Below are positions 1 to 11,990 of a DNA stretch of 32,000 nucleotides, in pieces. A model generated the notes under the pieces. The model searched no databases, had not been told where the DNA came from, and saw nothing but the letters and a program-made list of their open reading frames with translations. The stretch lies in assembly GCF_052908155.1 (NCBI RefSeq), contig NZ_CM128601.1. The stretch is one strand, 5' to 3'. The position numbers and the translations under genes are program-made. Within the stretch, counting starts at the first letter, position 1. Each line of letters starts with the position of its first letter.

Positions 1-1092
1 ATCACCATGATCAGCGACTGGCTGGCCTATATGCTCAGCGGCGAACTGGCGGTGGATCCCTCTAACGCTGGCACCACGGGACTTCTTGATCTAACCACCC
101 GTGACTGGAAACCTGCATTGCTGGATATGGCCGGACTGCGGGCCGATATTCTTTCTCCTGTCAAAGAAACCGGCACATTGCTGGGCGTGGTAAGTTCACA
201 AGCGGCGGAACTCTGCGGTCTGAAGGCGGGCACTCCGGTGGTCGTTGGAGGAGGCGACGTGCAACTTGGTTGCCTGGGGTTAGGCGTTGTCCGTCCGGCA
301 CAAACCGCTGTTCTTGGCGGTACATTCTGGCAGCAAGTTGTAAACTTAGCCGCGCCGGTGACAGACCCAGAAATGAACGTGCGCGTTAATCCTCATGTTA
401 TTCCTGGCATGGTACAAGCTGAATCTATAAGCTTTTTTACCGGACTCACCATGCGCTGGTTCCGCGATGCTTTCTGTGCCGAAGAAAAACTGATTGCTGA
501 ACGTTTAGGCATCGACACCTATACGCTGCTTGAAGAGATGGCAAGTCGGGTGCCGCCTGGGTCGTGGGGGGTAATGCCGATATTCTCCGACAGAATGCGC
601 TTTAAAACCTGGTATCACGCTGCGCCTTCCTTTATTAATTTGTCTATTGATCCGGATAAATGTAACAAAGCGACATTGTTCCGTGCGCTGGAAGAAAATG
701 CGGCGATTGTATCAGCGTGTAATTTGCAACAAATCGCTGATTTCTCGAATATTCATCCTTCATCGTTAGTCTTTGCAGGCGGAGGTTCAAAAGGGAAATT
801 ATGGAGTCAAATTCTCGCTGATGTCTCGGGATTACCCGTCAATATTCCGGTAGTCAAAGAAGCCACCGCATTAGGATGTGCCATTGCAGCTGGCGTCGGT
901 GCCGGAATTTTTTCATCAATGGCAGAAACCGGAGAACGCCTGGTTCGCTGGGAACGAACGCACTCACCAGACCCGGAAAAGCATGAACTTTATCAGGATT
1001 CACGCGATAAGTGGCAGGCAGTTTATCAGGATCAGCTGGGGCTGGTTGATCATGGACTGACGACTTCGTTATGGAAAGCGCCTGGGTTATAG
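1..1092 (+). CDS. lsrK: Autoinducer-2 kinase LsrK, C-terminal part (5' end lies upstream of the window)
   Basis: The ORF is open to the window edge. It has the FGGY-family sugar-kinase C-terminal domain ([33 protein letters not shown]). The order lsrK / yneO / hipBA matches E. coli K-12 as I remember it. Confidence 0.85.
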   Translation: MTMISDWLAYMLSGELAVDPSNAGTTGLLDLTTRDWKPALLDMAGLRADILSPVKETGTLLGVVSSQAAELCGLKAGTPVVVGGGDVQLGCLGLGVVRPAQTAVLGGTFWQQVVNLAAPVTDPEMNVRVNPHVIPGMVQAESISFFTGLTMRWFRDAFCAEEKLIAERLGIDTYTLLEEMASRVPPGSWGVMPIFSDRMRFKTWYHAAPSFINLSIDPDKCNKATLFRALEENAAIVSACNLQQIADFSNIHPSSLVFAGGGSKGKLWSQILADVSGLPVNIPVVKEATALGCAIAAGVGAGIFSSMAETGERLVRWERTHSPDPEKHELYQDSRDKWQAVYQDQLGLVDHGLTTSLWKAPGL

Positions 1093-1100
1093 TTTCATTG

Positions 1101-1137
1101 ACAGCCACATCATGATGACCGTGGCTGTTAGTTTTTG
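1101..1137 (+). terminator. Probable rho-independent terminator of lsrK
   Basis: 8-bp stem ACAGCCAC (1101-1108) / GTGGCTGT (1121-1128) followed by TAGTTTTT, 9 nt after the lsrK stop codon. Confidence 0.55.
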
Positions 1138-1622
1138 AGTATTGGTATTCTCATTTCCCTTCTTTTAGAGCTGGCTTGTTAAATGCCAGCTTGCAAATTC
1201 ATCGTTCCATCGCCAGTAATATATTCAAGGGGAAATTGCTATTTTTCTTAAAATATTAAGCATAACCATTATTTTATAGCGAATATTCCTAAAGGCATTA
1301 ATGGATGAAAAAGGGGTTTAATAAACTTCTTTTTTTAGCAATTAGTGCTATTCTTTGTTAAATATGATGATGATAATCTTCTTATTGAAAGAAACAGTTT
1401 TCTTATTAAGCAACAATAACTCATGGTTCATTTTTAAATAAAATAAGAACTATGCAATTTTTAATCTATCGATTCGAAAGTATTAGCAAATTAGCCAAAT
1501 TGACACCTTCCCACCTCCAACCAACACTCAATACAGACCTCTGACAACTTAATAAGTTTCATTTTTAACGTCTGATGACTCATCTCTTTCGTGGCTGTAT
1601 TGTTTGTATATGGAGCGTTTAT

Positions 1623-4600
1623 ATGAATAGAATCTATCGCGTGATATGGAATTGCACCCTACAGGTATTTCAGGCCTGCTCGGAATTAACTCGCAGGGTA
1701 GGTAAAACATCAACGGTTAAGTTACGGTACAGGCTCATTAAATATTACGGATAAGGGTTACGTCACGAGTTCAATAGTCGCCATTGTAGGATATCAGGCG
1801 AACAGTAATGGTAAGGTTGTCGTTGAAAAGGGTGGCGAGTGGCTAATAAAAAATAATGATTCCTCAATTGAATTTCAAATTGGTAATCAAGGGACGGGCG
1901 AAGCAACTATTCGCGATGGGGGGCTAATTACGGCTGAAAATACGATTATCGGTGGCAATCCCACCGGTATCGGAACCCTGAATGTGCAGGATCAAGACTC
2001 TGTCATCACGGTACGCAGACTCTATAATGGATATTTCGGTAATGGCACAGTCAATATTTCCAATAATGGACTGATTAATAATAAAGAATATTCATTGGTG
2101 GGCGTTCAGGACGGGTCCCACGGTGTCGTCAACGTGACCGATAAAGGGCATTGGAATTTCCTCGGAACGGGCGAAGCTTTCCGCTATATCTATATCGGTG
2201 ATGCTGGCGACGGTGAACTTAATGTCTCGAGTGAAGGCAAAGTAGATTCGGGAATTATCACTGCGGGGATGAAAGAAACAGGCACAGGCAACATTACTGT
2301 TAAGGATAAGAACTCCGTTATCACTAATCTCGGAACTAATCTTGGTTATGACGGCCACGGCGAAATGAATATCAGTAATGAGGGGCTTGTTGTCAGCAAC
2401 GGAGGAAGCTCACTCGGTTATGGAGAAACCGGCGTCGGGAAGGTTAGCATCACCACGGGGGGGATGTGGGAGGTCAATAAGAATGTCTATACCACTATTG
2501 GTGTTGCGGGCGTCGGAAACCTCAATATCAGCGATGGCGGTAAGTTCGTATCGCAAAATATTACTTTTTTGGGCGATAAAGCAAGCGGTATCGGCACACT
2601 GAACCTGATGGATGCGACATCATTGTTCGATACTGTAGGTATCAATGTCGGTAATTTTGGTAGCGGCATCGTAAATGTCAGTAATGGTGCCACTCTTAAT
2701 TCAACGGGCTATGGATTTATCGGAGGAAATGCCTCCGGTAAGGGGATAGTTAATATTTCAACGGATAGTCTCTGGAATTTAAAAACGTCATCTACTAACG
2801 CCCAATTGCTACAGGTCGGTGTATTAGGCACGGGTGAACTGAATATTACCACCGGAGGTATAGTTAAAGCGCGTGATACACAAATAGCTCTCAATGACAA
2901 AAGTAAGGGCGACGTGCGGGTGGATGGGCAGAACTCTCTTCTTGAAACATTCAATATGAACGTAGGGACGACAGGCACGGGTACGTTAACCCTGACGAAT
3001 AACGGTACGCTGAATGTCGAAGGTGGAGAAGTTTACTTAGGTGTTTTTGAGCCTGCTGTAGGAACGCTAAACATTGGTGCTGCTCACGGTGAGGCGGCGG
3101 CAGATGCCGGGTTTATCACCAATGCGACGAAAGTGGAGTTTGGTCTTGGCGAAGGCGTTTTTGTCTTTAATCATACCAATAACAGTGATGCCGGCTACCA
3201 GGTCGATATGCTGATTACGGGTGACGATAAAGACGGAAAAGTGATGCATGATGCAGGCCATACGGTGTTCAATGCAGGGAATACTTATAGCGGTAAAACG
3301 TTGGTCAATGGCGGCCTCCTGACCATTGCGTCACATACGGCAGATGGGGTAACAGGCATGGGGTCGAGTGAAGTAACCATTGCAAGCCCCGGTACGCTCG
3401 ACATTCTCGCATCAACGAACAGTGCAGGAGATTACACGCTGACCAATGCGCTCAAAGGCGATGGCTTGATGCGAGTGCAACTGTCATCCTCCGACAAAAT
3501 GTTTGGCTTTACCCATGCAGCAGGGACTGAATTCGCCGGTGTTGCCCAACTGAAAGACAGTACCTTCACACTGGAACGCGACAACACCGCTGCGCTTACT
3601 CACGCGATGCTGCAGTCTGACAGTGAAAATACCACATCGGTAAAAGTGGGAGAGCAATCCATTGGTGGACTAGCCATGAATGGCGGTACGCTCACTTTCG
3701 ATACGGATATACCTGCTGCGACGCTTGCGGAGGGATATATCAGCGTCGATACGCTGGTTGTCGGCGCGGGTGACTACACCTGGAAAGGCCGTAACTATCA
3801 GGTAAACGGGATGGGCGACGTGCTTATCGACGTGCCTAAACCGTGGAATGATCCCATGGCGAATAACCCTCTGACGACGCTCAATTTGCTGGAACACGAT
3901 GATAGTCATGTCGGCGTTCAACTGGTGAAGGCGCAAATGGTTATTGGGTCGGGTGGCTCATTAACGTTACGTGATTTACAGGGCGACGAGGTGGAAGCGG
4001 ACAAAACGTTACGTATTGCACAAAACGGGACAGTGGTCGCCGAGGGTGATTATGGATTCCGCCTCACGACCGCACCTGGTGATGGTTTGTATGTTAACTA
4101 TGGGCTGAAAGCGCTGAACATCCATGGTGGGCAAAAGCTGACGTTAGCCGAACATGGCGGAGTCTATGGCGCAACGGCCGATATGTCGGCAAAAATCGGT
4201 GGTGAAGGGGATCTGGCAATCAATACGGTGCGACAGGTTTCGCTTTCCAACGGTCAGAACGACTATCAGGGGGCAACCTACGTTCAGATGGGGACATTAC
4301 GTACCGATGCGGATGGCGCGCTGGGCAATACTCGGGAACTGAACATCAGCAACGCGGCCATCGTCGATCTTAATGGATCGGCCCAGACGGTAGAGACATT
4401 CACCGGGCTGATGGGTTCGACTGTTTTGTTTAAAGAGGGGTCGCTGACGGTGAATAAAGGTGGGATCAGTCAGGGCGAACTGACAGGTGGCGGAAACCTG
4501 AATGTTACAGGGGGAACACTGGCTATCGAGGGGCTTAATGCACGCTACAATGCCTTAACCAGCATTAGCCCAAATGCGGAAGTCAGCCTCGACAATACGC

Positions 4601-6564
4601 AGGGGTTAGGCAGAGGAAATATTGCTAGTGACGGTCTGTTAACGCTAAAAAACGTGACCGGCGAACTGCGTAATAGCATAAGCGGGAAGGGTATCGTGAG
4701 CGCAACCGCCAGGACAGACGTAGAGCTGAATGGCGATAATAGCCGCTTTGTGGGGCAATTCAACATTGATACAGGCAGCGCGCTCAGCGTCAACGAGCAG
4801 AAAAACCTGGGTGATGCTTCCGTTATCAATAATGGCCTGCTCACCATCGCCACTGAGCGTAGCTGGGCGATGACGCACAGTATCACCGGTAGCGGCGATG
4901 TGACAAAACTGGGGACCGAGATCCTGACTCTTAACAACGATTCCGCGGCGTATCAGGGTACGACGGATATCGTGGGTGGTGAAATTGCTTTCGGTTCCGA
5001 CTCTGCCATTAATATGGCAAGTCAGCACATTAATATCCATAACAGCGGTGTGATGTCGGGAAATGTCACCACTGCAGGTGATGTGAACGTTATGCCAGGG
5101 GGGACACTGCGTGTCGCTAAAACCACTGTCGGCGGTAACCTGGAGAATGGTGGCACGGTTCAAATGAACAGCGAAGGGGGGAAACCGGGGAATGTACTGA
5201 CCGTTAACGGTAACTATACCGGAAACAATGGCCTGATGACGTTCAACGCGACGCTGGGCGGCGATAATTCGCCCACCGATAAGATGAACGTGAAAGGCGA
5301 TACCCAAGGGAACACTCGCGTTCGGGTTGATAACATTGGCGGCGTCGGTGCACAAACGGTCAACGGTATTGAACTCATTGAGGTTGGCGGTAATTCTGCA
5401 GGTAACTTCGCGCTGACCACCGGAACTGTCGAAGCTGGGGCTTACGTCTACACGCTGGCTAAAGGGAAGGGGAATGACGAGAAAAACTGGTATCTGACCA
5501 GTAAATGGGACGGCGTAACGCCAGCGGATACACCCGATCCCATCAATAATCCCCCTGTTGTGGATCCGGAAGGCCCATCAGTTTATCGCCCGGAGGCCGG
5601 AAGCTATATCAGCAACATTGCCGCAGCCAACTCGCTGTTTAGCCATCGATTACACGACCGTCTGGGTGAGCCGCAGTATACAGATTCACTGCGAGTTCAG
5701 GATTCGGCAACCAATATGTGGATGCGTCATGTCGGAGGGCACGAACGTTTCAGGACCGGTGACGGCCAGCTAAATACTCAGGCTAACCGCTATGTATTGC
5801 AGCTAGGAGGCGATTTGGCGCAGTGGAGTAGCAACGCGCAGGATCGCTGGCATCTTGGCGTGATGGCAGGCTACGCCAATCAGCACAGTAATACTCAGAG
5901 TAATCGTGTGGGTTATAAATCGGATGGGCGCATCAGCGGTTACAGCGCTGGGATGTACGCGACCTGGTATCAGGACGATGCGAATAAGACCGGCGCTTAT
6001 GTTGACAGCTGGGCGCTGTATAACTGGTTTGATAACAGCGTCAGTTCCGATAACCGTTCTGCTGACGACTATGATTCTCGCGGTGTGACGGCCTCTGTTG
6101 AGGGTGGGTATACCTTTGAAGCGGGAACATTTAGCGGCAGCGAAGGGACGCTGAATACCTGGTACGTCCAGCCACAGGTGCAAATCACCTGGATGGGTGT
6201 GAAAGATTCTGACCATATCCGGAAAGACGGAACACGCATTGAAACAGAAGGCGACGGAAACGTGCAAACGCGACTTGGGGTGAAAACCTACCTGAACAGC
6301 CATCACCAGCGTGACGATGGTAAAGAGCGTGAGTTCCAGCCTTACATTGAAGCGAACTGGATCAACAATAGCGAAGTCTACGCCGTGAAGATGAATGGTC
6401 AAACCGTAAGCCGTGATGGTGCGCGTAATCTCGGTGAAGTACGTACCGGAGTTGAGGCGAAAGTAAATAACAACCTTAGCCTGTGGGGGAATGTCGGTGT
6501 GCAACTAGGTGATAAAGGCTATAGCGATACTCAGGGCATGCTGGGTGTGAAATATAGCTGGTAA
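1623..6564 (+). pseudogene. yneO: AIDA-I-like autotransporter adhesin, disrupted near the 5' end
   Basis: An extended-signal-peptide leader (MNRIYRVIWNCTLQVFQACSELTRR) starts at 1623 and stops at TAA 1752-1754. The passenger continues in another frame from about 1702 (..GTGSLNITDKGYVTSS..) and runs into the 1526-aa ORF. That ORF has many G-x-G-x-LNI-S/T-NGG beta-helix repeats and a C-terminal beta-barrel ending GVKYSW. The position next to hipB matches the K-12 yneO pseudogene. Confidence 0.8.
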
Positions 6565-6639
6565 ACCGTATAAGCCGCATGTCGAAGATGCATGCGGCTT
6601 AATATTGCCGACTTCAAACGACTTTTAAATCCTCCTTTT

Positions 6640-6753
6640 TATCCGCGATCGCGGATATCACAGCGTTTATCCCGTAGAGCGGATAAGATGTGTTTCCTGA
6701 TTGACTTTATCCCCACTAAAGGATAAAACTGATAATATCCCCTTGAGCGGATA
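6640..6753 (+). promoter_or_regulatory. hipBA promoter region with four HipB operators (TATCC-N8-GGATA)
   Basis: Four exact copies of the motif: 6640-6657 TATCCGCGATCGCGGATA, 6668-6685 TATCCCGTAGAGCGGATA, 6708-6725 TATCCCCACTAAAGGATA, 6736-6753 TATCCCCTTGAGCGGATA. Confidence 0.85.
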
Positions 6754-6774
6754 AATATGCTGTGGACGTATGAC

Positions 6775-7041
6775 ATGATGAGCTTTCAGAAGATCTATAG
6801 CCCAACGCAATTAGCGAATGCAATGAAACTGGTTCGTCAGCAAAATGGCTGGACGCAGAGCGAACTGGCGAAAAAAATCGGTATTAAGCAGGCGACAATT
6901 TCCAATTTCGAAAACAACCCTGACAATACCACGCTCATGACATTTTTTAAGATTTTACAGTCGCTTGAACTCTCAATGACGCTATGCGACACGAAAAATG
7001 CCTCGCCAGAATCAACAGAACAGCAAGATCTGGAGTGGTAA
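6775..7041 (+). CDS. hipB: HipB antitoxin (Xre/Cro-type HTH), 88 aa
   Basis: MMSFQKIYSPTQLANAMKLVRQQNGWTQSELAKKIGIKQATISNFENNPDN... matches E. coli HipB. The start was chosen at 6775 to give 88 aa. The stop overlaps the hipA start (TAATG). Confidence 0.95.
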   Translation: MMSFQKIYSPTQLANAMKLVRQQNGWTQSELAKKIGIKQATISNFENNPDNTTLMTFFKILQSLELSMTLCDTKNASPESTEQQDLEW

Positions 7042-8363
7042 TGCCTAAACTTGTCACTTGGATGAACAACCAGCGGGTAGGCGAGTTAACGAAGTTAGCC
7101 AATGGCGCGCACACCTTTAAGTATGCACCGGAGTGGTTAGCTAACCGTTATGCCAGACCGTTGTCACTTTCGCTGCCATTGCAGAGGGGGAATATCACCT
7201 CTGATGCCGTATTTAACTTCTTCGATAACCTGTTACCCGATAGCCCGATTGTACGTGACCGGATCGTTAAACGTTATCATGCTAAATCCAGACAACCGTT
7301 TGATTTATTGTCAGAAATAGGGCGAGATAGCGTTGGTGCCGTAACGTTATTACCCGAAAATGAAACCATAACGCGCCCGATAATGGCATGGGAACAGCTC
7401 ACTGAAGCCAGGCTTGAAGAAGTATTAACGGCTTATAAAGCAGATATCCCTCTGGGCATGATTAGAGAAGAAAATGACTTTCGCATCTCGGTTGCTGGCG
7501 CGCAGGAGAAGACAGCGCTGCTCAGAATAGGCAATGACTGGTGCATTCCGAAAGGAATAACGCCGACGACGCACATCATTAAATTACCGATTGGCGAAAT
7601 CAGGCAGCCCAATGCGACGCTCGATCTCAGCCAAAGCGTTGATAATGAGTATTACTGTCTGCTGCTGGCGAAAGAACTTGGGTTGAATGTGCCGAACGCA
7701 GAAATCATTAAAGCGGGAAATGTGCGCGCGTTAGCGGTCGAACGTTTTGACAGGCGTTGGAATGCTGAGCGAACGGTTTTACTTCGCTTGCCACAGGAGG
7801 ATATGTGTCAGACATTTGGTTTACCTTCATCGGTGAAATATGAATCAGATGGAGGCCCAGGCATCGCGCGGATCATGGCTTTTTTGATGGGGTCCAGCGA
7901 GGCGCTTCGCGATCGCTATGATTTTATGAAGTTTCAGGTGTTCCAGTGGTTGATTGGCGCAACGGATGGCCATGCAAAAAACTTCTCCGTATTTATTCAG
8001 GCTGGCGGCAGTTATCGACTCACGCCATTTTACGACATCATTTCAGCATTTCCGGTATTGGGTGGCGCAGGAATACACATCAGCGATCTCAAACTGGCAA
8101 TGGGGCTTAACGCATCCAAAGGCAAAAAAACGGCAATCGATAAAATTTATCCGCGACATTTTCTGGCGACAGCAAAGGTGCTGAAATTTCCGGAAGTGCA
8201 GATGCATGAAATCCTGAGTGACTTTGCCAGAATGATTCCGGCAGCACTGGATAACGTGAAGACTTCATTACCGACAGATTTTCCGGAGAACGTGGTGACG
8301 GCAGTTGAAACCAATGTGTTGAGGTTGCATGGACGGTTAAGCCGAGAATACGGTAGTAAGTGA
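7041..8363 (+). CDS. hipA: HipA serine/threonine kinase toxin, 440 aa
   Basis: MPKLVTWMNNQRVGELTKLANGAHTFKYAPEWL... ends ...LRLHGRLSREYGSK. The catalytic region GATDGHAKNFS is present. The longer 459-aa track ORF is upstream read-through inside hipB. Residue 22 is Gly, which is not the hipA7 allele at that position. Confidence 0.95.
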   Translation: MPKLVTWMNNQRVGELTKLANGAHTFKYAPEWLANRYARPLSLSLPLQRGNITSDAVFNFFDNLLPDSPIVRDRIVKRYHAKSRQPFDLLSEIGRDSVGAVTLLPENETITRPIMAWEQLTEARLEEVLTAYKADIPLGMIREENDFRISVAGAQEKTALLRIGNDWCIPKGITPTTHIIKLPIGEIRQPNATLDLSQSVDNEYYCLLLAKELGLNVPNAEIIKAGNVRALAVERFDRRWNAERTVLLRLPQEDMCQTFGLPSSVKYESDGGPGIARIMAFLMGSSEALRDRYDFMKFQVFQWLIGATDGHAKNFSVFIQAGGSYRLTPFYDIISAFPVLGGAGIHISDLKLAMGLNASKGKKTAIDKIYPRHFLATAKVLKFPEVQMHEILSDFARMIPAALDNVKTSLPTDFPENVVTAVETNVLRLHGRLSREYGSK

Positions 8364-8439
8364 GATATGGGGTTTGGTCGTTGTTAATGAGCACGACAAT
8401 CATGACCGCCAACGACTGGATTCTTCCTTGGTTTATGTT

Positions 8440-8534
8440 GGTGCGCATAATGTGACACGCGTTATGTTGAAAAGGCCGCTGCGATACTTTCCACCGCAGC
8501 GGCCTTTTTATACATAACGCCATTGTGCGCACTG
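8440..8534 (+). other. Left junction: hybrid dif-like site plus an inverted second dif-like site (foldable 95-nt att hairpin)
   Basis: Site A is GGTGCGCATAA-TGTGACACGCG-TTATGTTGAAA (8440-8472). The reverse complement of 8505-8533 gives site B, AGTGCGCACAA-TGGCG-TTATGTATAAA. The two arms pair around a GC-rich tip at 8474-8504. Confidence 0.75.
8470..8509. terminator. Bidirectional rho-independent terminator forming the tip of the att hairpin
   Basis: AAAA-GGCCGCTGCG (8474-8483), 11-nt loop, CGCAGCGGCC (8495-8504), TTTTT. U-tracts would follow the stem on either strand. It lies downstream of both hipA (+) and the small ORF at 8543-8683 (-). A second copy is at 11480-11519. Confidence 0.6.
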
Positions 8535-8542
8535 TTGTGTAT

Positions 8543-8683
8543 TCAGTCGTTGCTTCTGTTGATTTTATTGTGTGCCCTCAGGACGATTGGCAACACTATT
8601 GTTATGACGCTGAACAAAAACATGCCGAACAGACTACCGGCAATCAGGTATTTCATTAGTAAATCCAGAATCATGTCGTGCAT
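8543..8683 (-). CDS. Small hydrophobic protein, 46 aa (not in the ORF track)
   Basis: My own translation is MHDMILDLLMKYLIAGSLFGMFLFSVITIVLPIVLRAHNKINRSND. About half the residues are identical to the ORF at the same position in element 2 (11549-11704), although the DNA has diverged. The SD is weak. Confidence 0.5.
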   Translation of the reverse strand: MHDMILDLLMKYLIAGSLFGMFLFSVITIVLPIVLRAHNKINRSND

Positions 8684-8734
8684 GGTTTTTCTGAGCTGAT
8701 GTTGTTAATCCTGTCGGGACTCTACATTCCTTTA

Positions 8735-8968
<234 letters not shown>

Positions 8969-9024
8969 TTAAACCGTATCCTTTCGATCCTTCGCGGGTA
9001 GTCTGCTGAATGCAGGAAAAGGGA

Positions 9025-9237
9025 TCACATTGCCTTTTTTTTCTTAAGTTCTTCTTTGCTTATTAGATCTTTCACCGCATCATCTAAGTAGTTGTCTATT
9101 AAGTGGTTTACTATCTCTGATGGTTTTAGTAGCTCACCTGTTTTATTACCGATTTCCAGCACTCTTCGTTTTAGCTCCAGTTTTCTGTTTTCGTTAATCC
9201 TTACGGTTGTGTCTCCGCGCTTTGTTTCTTTTTTCAT
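9025..9237 (-). CDS. Small RHH-like (Arc/MetJ-type) transcriptional regulator, putative phage repressor
   Basis: MKKETKRGDTTVRINENRKLELKRRVLEIGNKTGELLKPSEIVNHLIDNYL... has a beta-strand / helix / helix pattern. GAGGT lies 8 nt upstream of the ATG at 9237. It is transcribed divergently from rep and is about 90% identical to 11991-12203. Confidence 0.7.
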   Translation of the reverse strand: MKKETKRGDTTVRINENRKLELKRRVLEIGNKTGELLKPSEIVNHLIDNYLDDAVKDLISKEELKKKKAM

Positions 9238-9301
9238 CAAAATTTACCTCTATGTCCTTTCAATAGAAGGTGATTATTCCATTTTTTTTACACCCGCATA
9301 G

Positions 9302-9352
9302 CGCATGCGTATTTACAGCACGCATTAAATGTGATTATGATGCGCGCATGCG
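9302..9352 (+). promoter_or_regulatory. Candidate rightward promoter of element 1 flanked by two CGCATGCG palindromes
   Basis: TTTACA (9312-9317), 18-nt spacer, TATGAT (9336-9341). CGCATGCG occurs at 9302-9309 and 9345-9352. Confidence 0.4.
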
Positions 9353-9356
9353 GTAA

Positions 9357-10768
<1,412 letters not shown>

Positions 10769-10777
10769 GGTGGTTCT

Positions 10778-11190
<413 letters not shown>

Positions 11191-11449
11191 TGCCGCAACG
11201 CGGCATGTAAGGCGGCATGATGATGTTTCATGTGATGCAGCTGCCTGACCGCCGAAGCCAGGGAGAAATTACAGAGCAGCAGGAGACAGCGCAACGCGCT
11301 TCCTGCCAGGCCGCTTTTAAAGGGCAGCTATCGAGACGAACGACGCAAGGCGTGAGTCGTCCATGCATTGATGTGGCCAGTTGATGAAATTGATGGGTTA
11401 CAGCAATTCTGGTGATGACTGGCCTTCGGTTTTCATCAGTCCTGATAAC

Positions 11450-11544
11450 AGTGCGCATAATGTGACACGCGTTATGTTGAAAAGGCCGCTGCGATACTCT
11501 CCACCGCAGCGGCCTTTTTATACATAACGTCATTGTGCGCACTG
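11450..11544 (+). other. Internal junction: second copy of the hybrid dif-like site and att hairpin
   Basis: AGTGCGCATAA-TGTGACACGCG-TTATGTTGAAA and so on. Apart from the first base (A instead of G), I found two differences from the 8440-8534 copy: loop ATACTCTCCAC and CATAACGTCATTG. Confidence 0.75.
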
Positions 11545-11548
11545 AACC

Positions 11549-11704
11549 TTAAAGGATTTCAGTGTCCTTACTTAGTTTGTTGTGTATGGTCATCACCAAC
11601 GGTGGGACAAGCGTTATCAGGCTGAATATTGTCATGCCTGTGATGCTGCCAACAACAAAATGCTTTATCAGCAGGTCAAGAATTAAGTCACTGGTTGTCT
11701 GCAT
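11549..11704 (-). CDS. Small hydrophobic protein, 51 aa (not in the ORF track)
   Basis: My own translation is MQTTSDLILDLLIKHFVVGSITGMTIFSLITLVPPLVMTIHNKLSKDTEIL. It is the homologue of 8543-8683 at the same place relative to the att hairpin. Confidence 0.5.
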   Translation of the reverse strand: MQTTSDLILDLLIKHFVVGSITGMTIFSLITLVPPLVMTIHNKLSKDTEIL

Positions 11705-11745
11705 ATTGCTTCTAGCAATCTTCGTATCGATAGGTAACTATAATG

Positions 11746-11934
11746 TTATTTTTTTGTTGCATCCGTCTTTGCAAATTTCCTGTAGTCATCTTCTGTTATA
11801 GACTCCAGTCCTTTTGCGATTATCCATTCTAAAACTTTGGTATCTTTTACTGGTATTGCCAGTGTTGTTACCACTTTTACAGTTTCTTTCTCTACCTTTC
11901 TCCATAAAATATCGTTTATGTGCTTTGTTGGCAT
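11746..11934 (-). CDS. Small putative DNA-binding protein (possible RHH), 62 aa
   Basis: MPTKHINDILWRKVEKETVKVVTTLAIPVKDTKVLEWIIAKGL... GAGGT lies 8 nt upstream of ATG 11934. The longer 82-aa track ORF has no comparable start signal. Confidence 0.55.
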   Translation of the reverse strand: MPTKHINDILWRKVEKETVKVVTTLAIPVKDTKVLEWIIAKGLESITEDDYRKFAKTDATKK

Positions 11935-11990
11935 TTTTACTACCTCTGTTTGATCTTTTTCAGCCCGTCTGTTCGATGCCGGGAAAGGAA

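Noticed and set aside
1093-1622. A 530-bp very AT-rich spacer upstream of the autotransporter, considered as a possible hidden small gene, sRNA or repeat element.
   Set aside because: I found no convincing ORF, inverted repeat or tandem repeat. It is most simply a silenced, AT-rich promoter region typical of horizontally acquired adhesin genes.
2092-6504. Numerous 60-236-aa ORFs on both strands inside the autotransporter gene.
   Set aside because: They are shadow ORFs of a long, repetitive, GC-balanced gene. None has start signals or recognisable motifs.
6984-7040. An upstream extension of hipA (459-aa ORF), and the 94-aa version of hipB starting at 6757.
   Set aside because: The known HipA (440 aa) and HipB (88 aa) lengths and N-termini are reproduced by the starts at 7041 and 6775. 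The extensions overlap the operator region or hipB.
8440-8472. The leftmost dif-like sequence as a second functional dif site.
   Set aside because: The spacing between the XerC arm and the XerD-like arm is 11 nt instead of 6, and the XerD arm differs at 2 of 11 positions. As duplex DNA it should not support XerCD synapsis. Only 19863-19890 fits dif.
8107-8532. A 141-aa minus-strand ORF and its look-alike at 11228-11542 (104 aa) share an N-terminus MRTM.LCIKRPLRW.VSQRPFQHNACHIMRT.
   Set aside because: The shared part is just the translation of the repeated att hairpin and terminator. The rest overlaps hipA antisense or non-coding DNA. Neither ORF has an SD.
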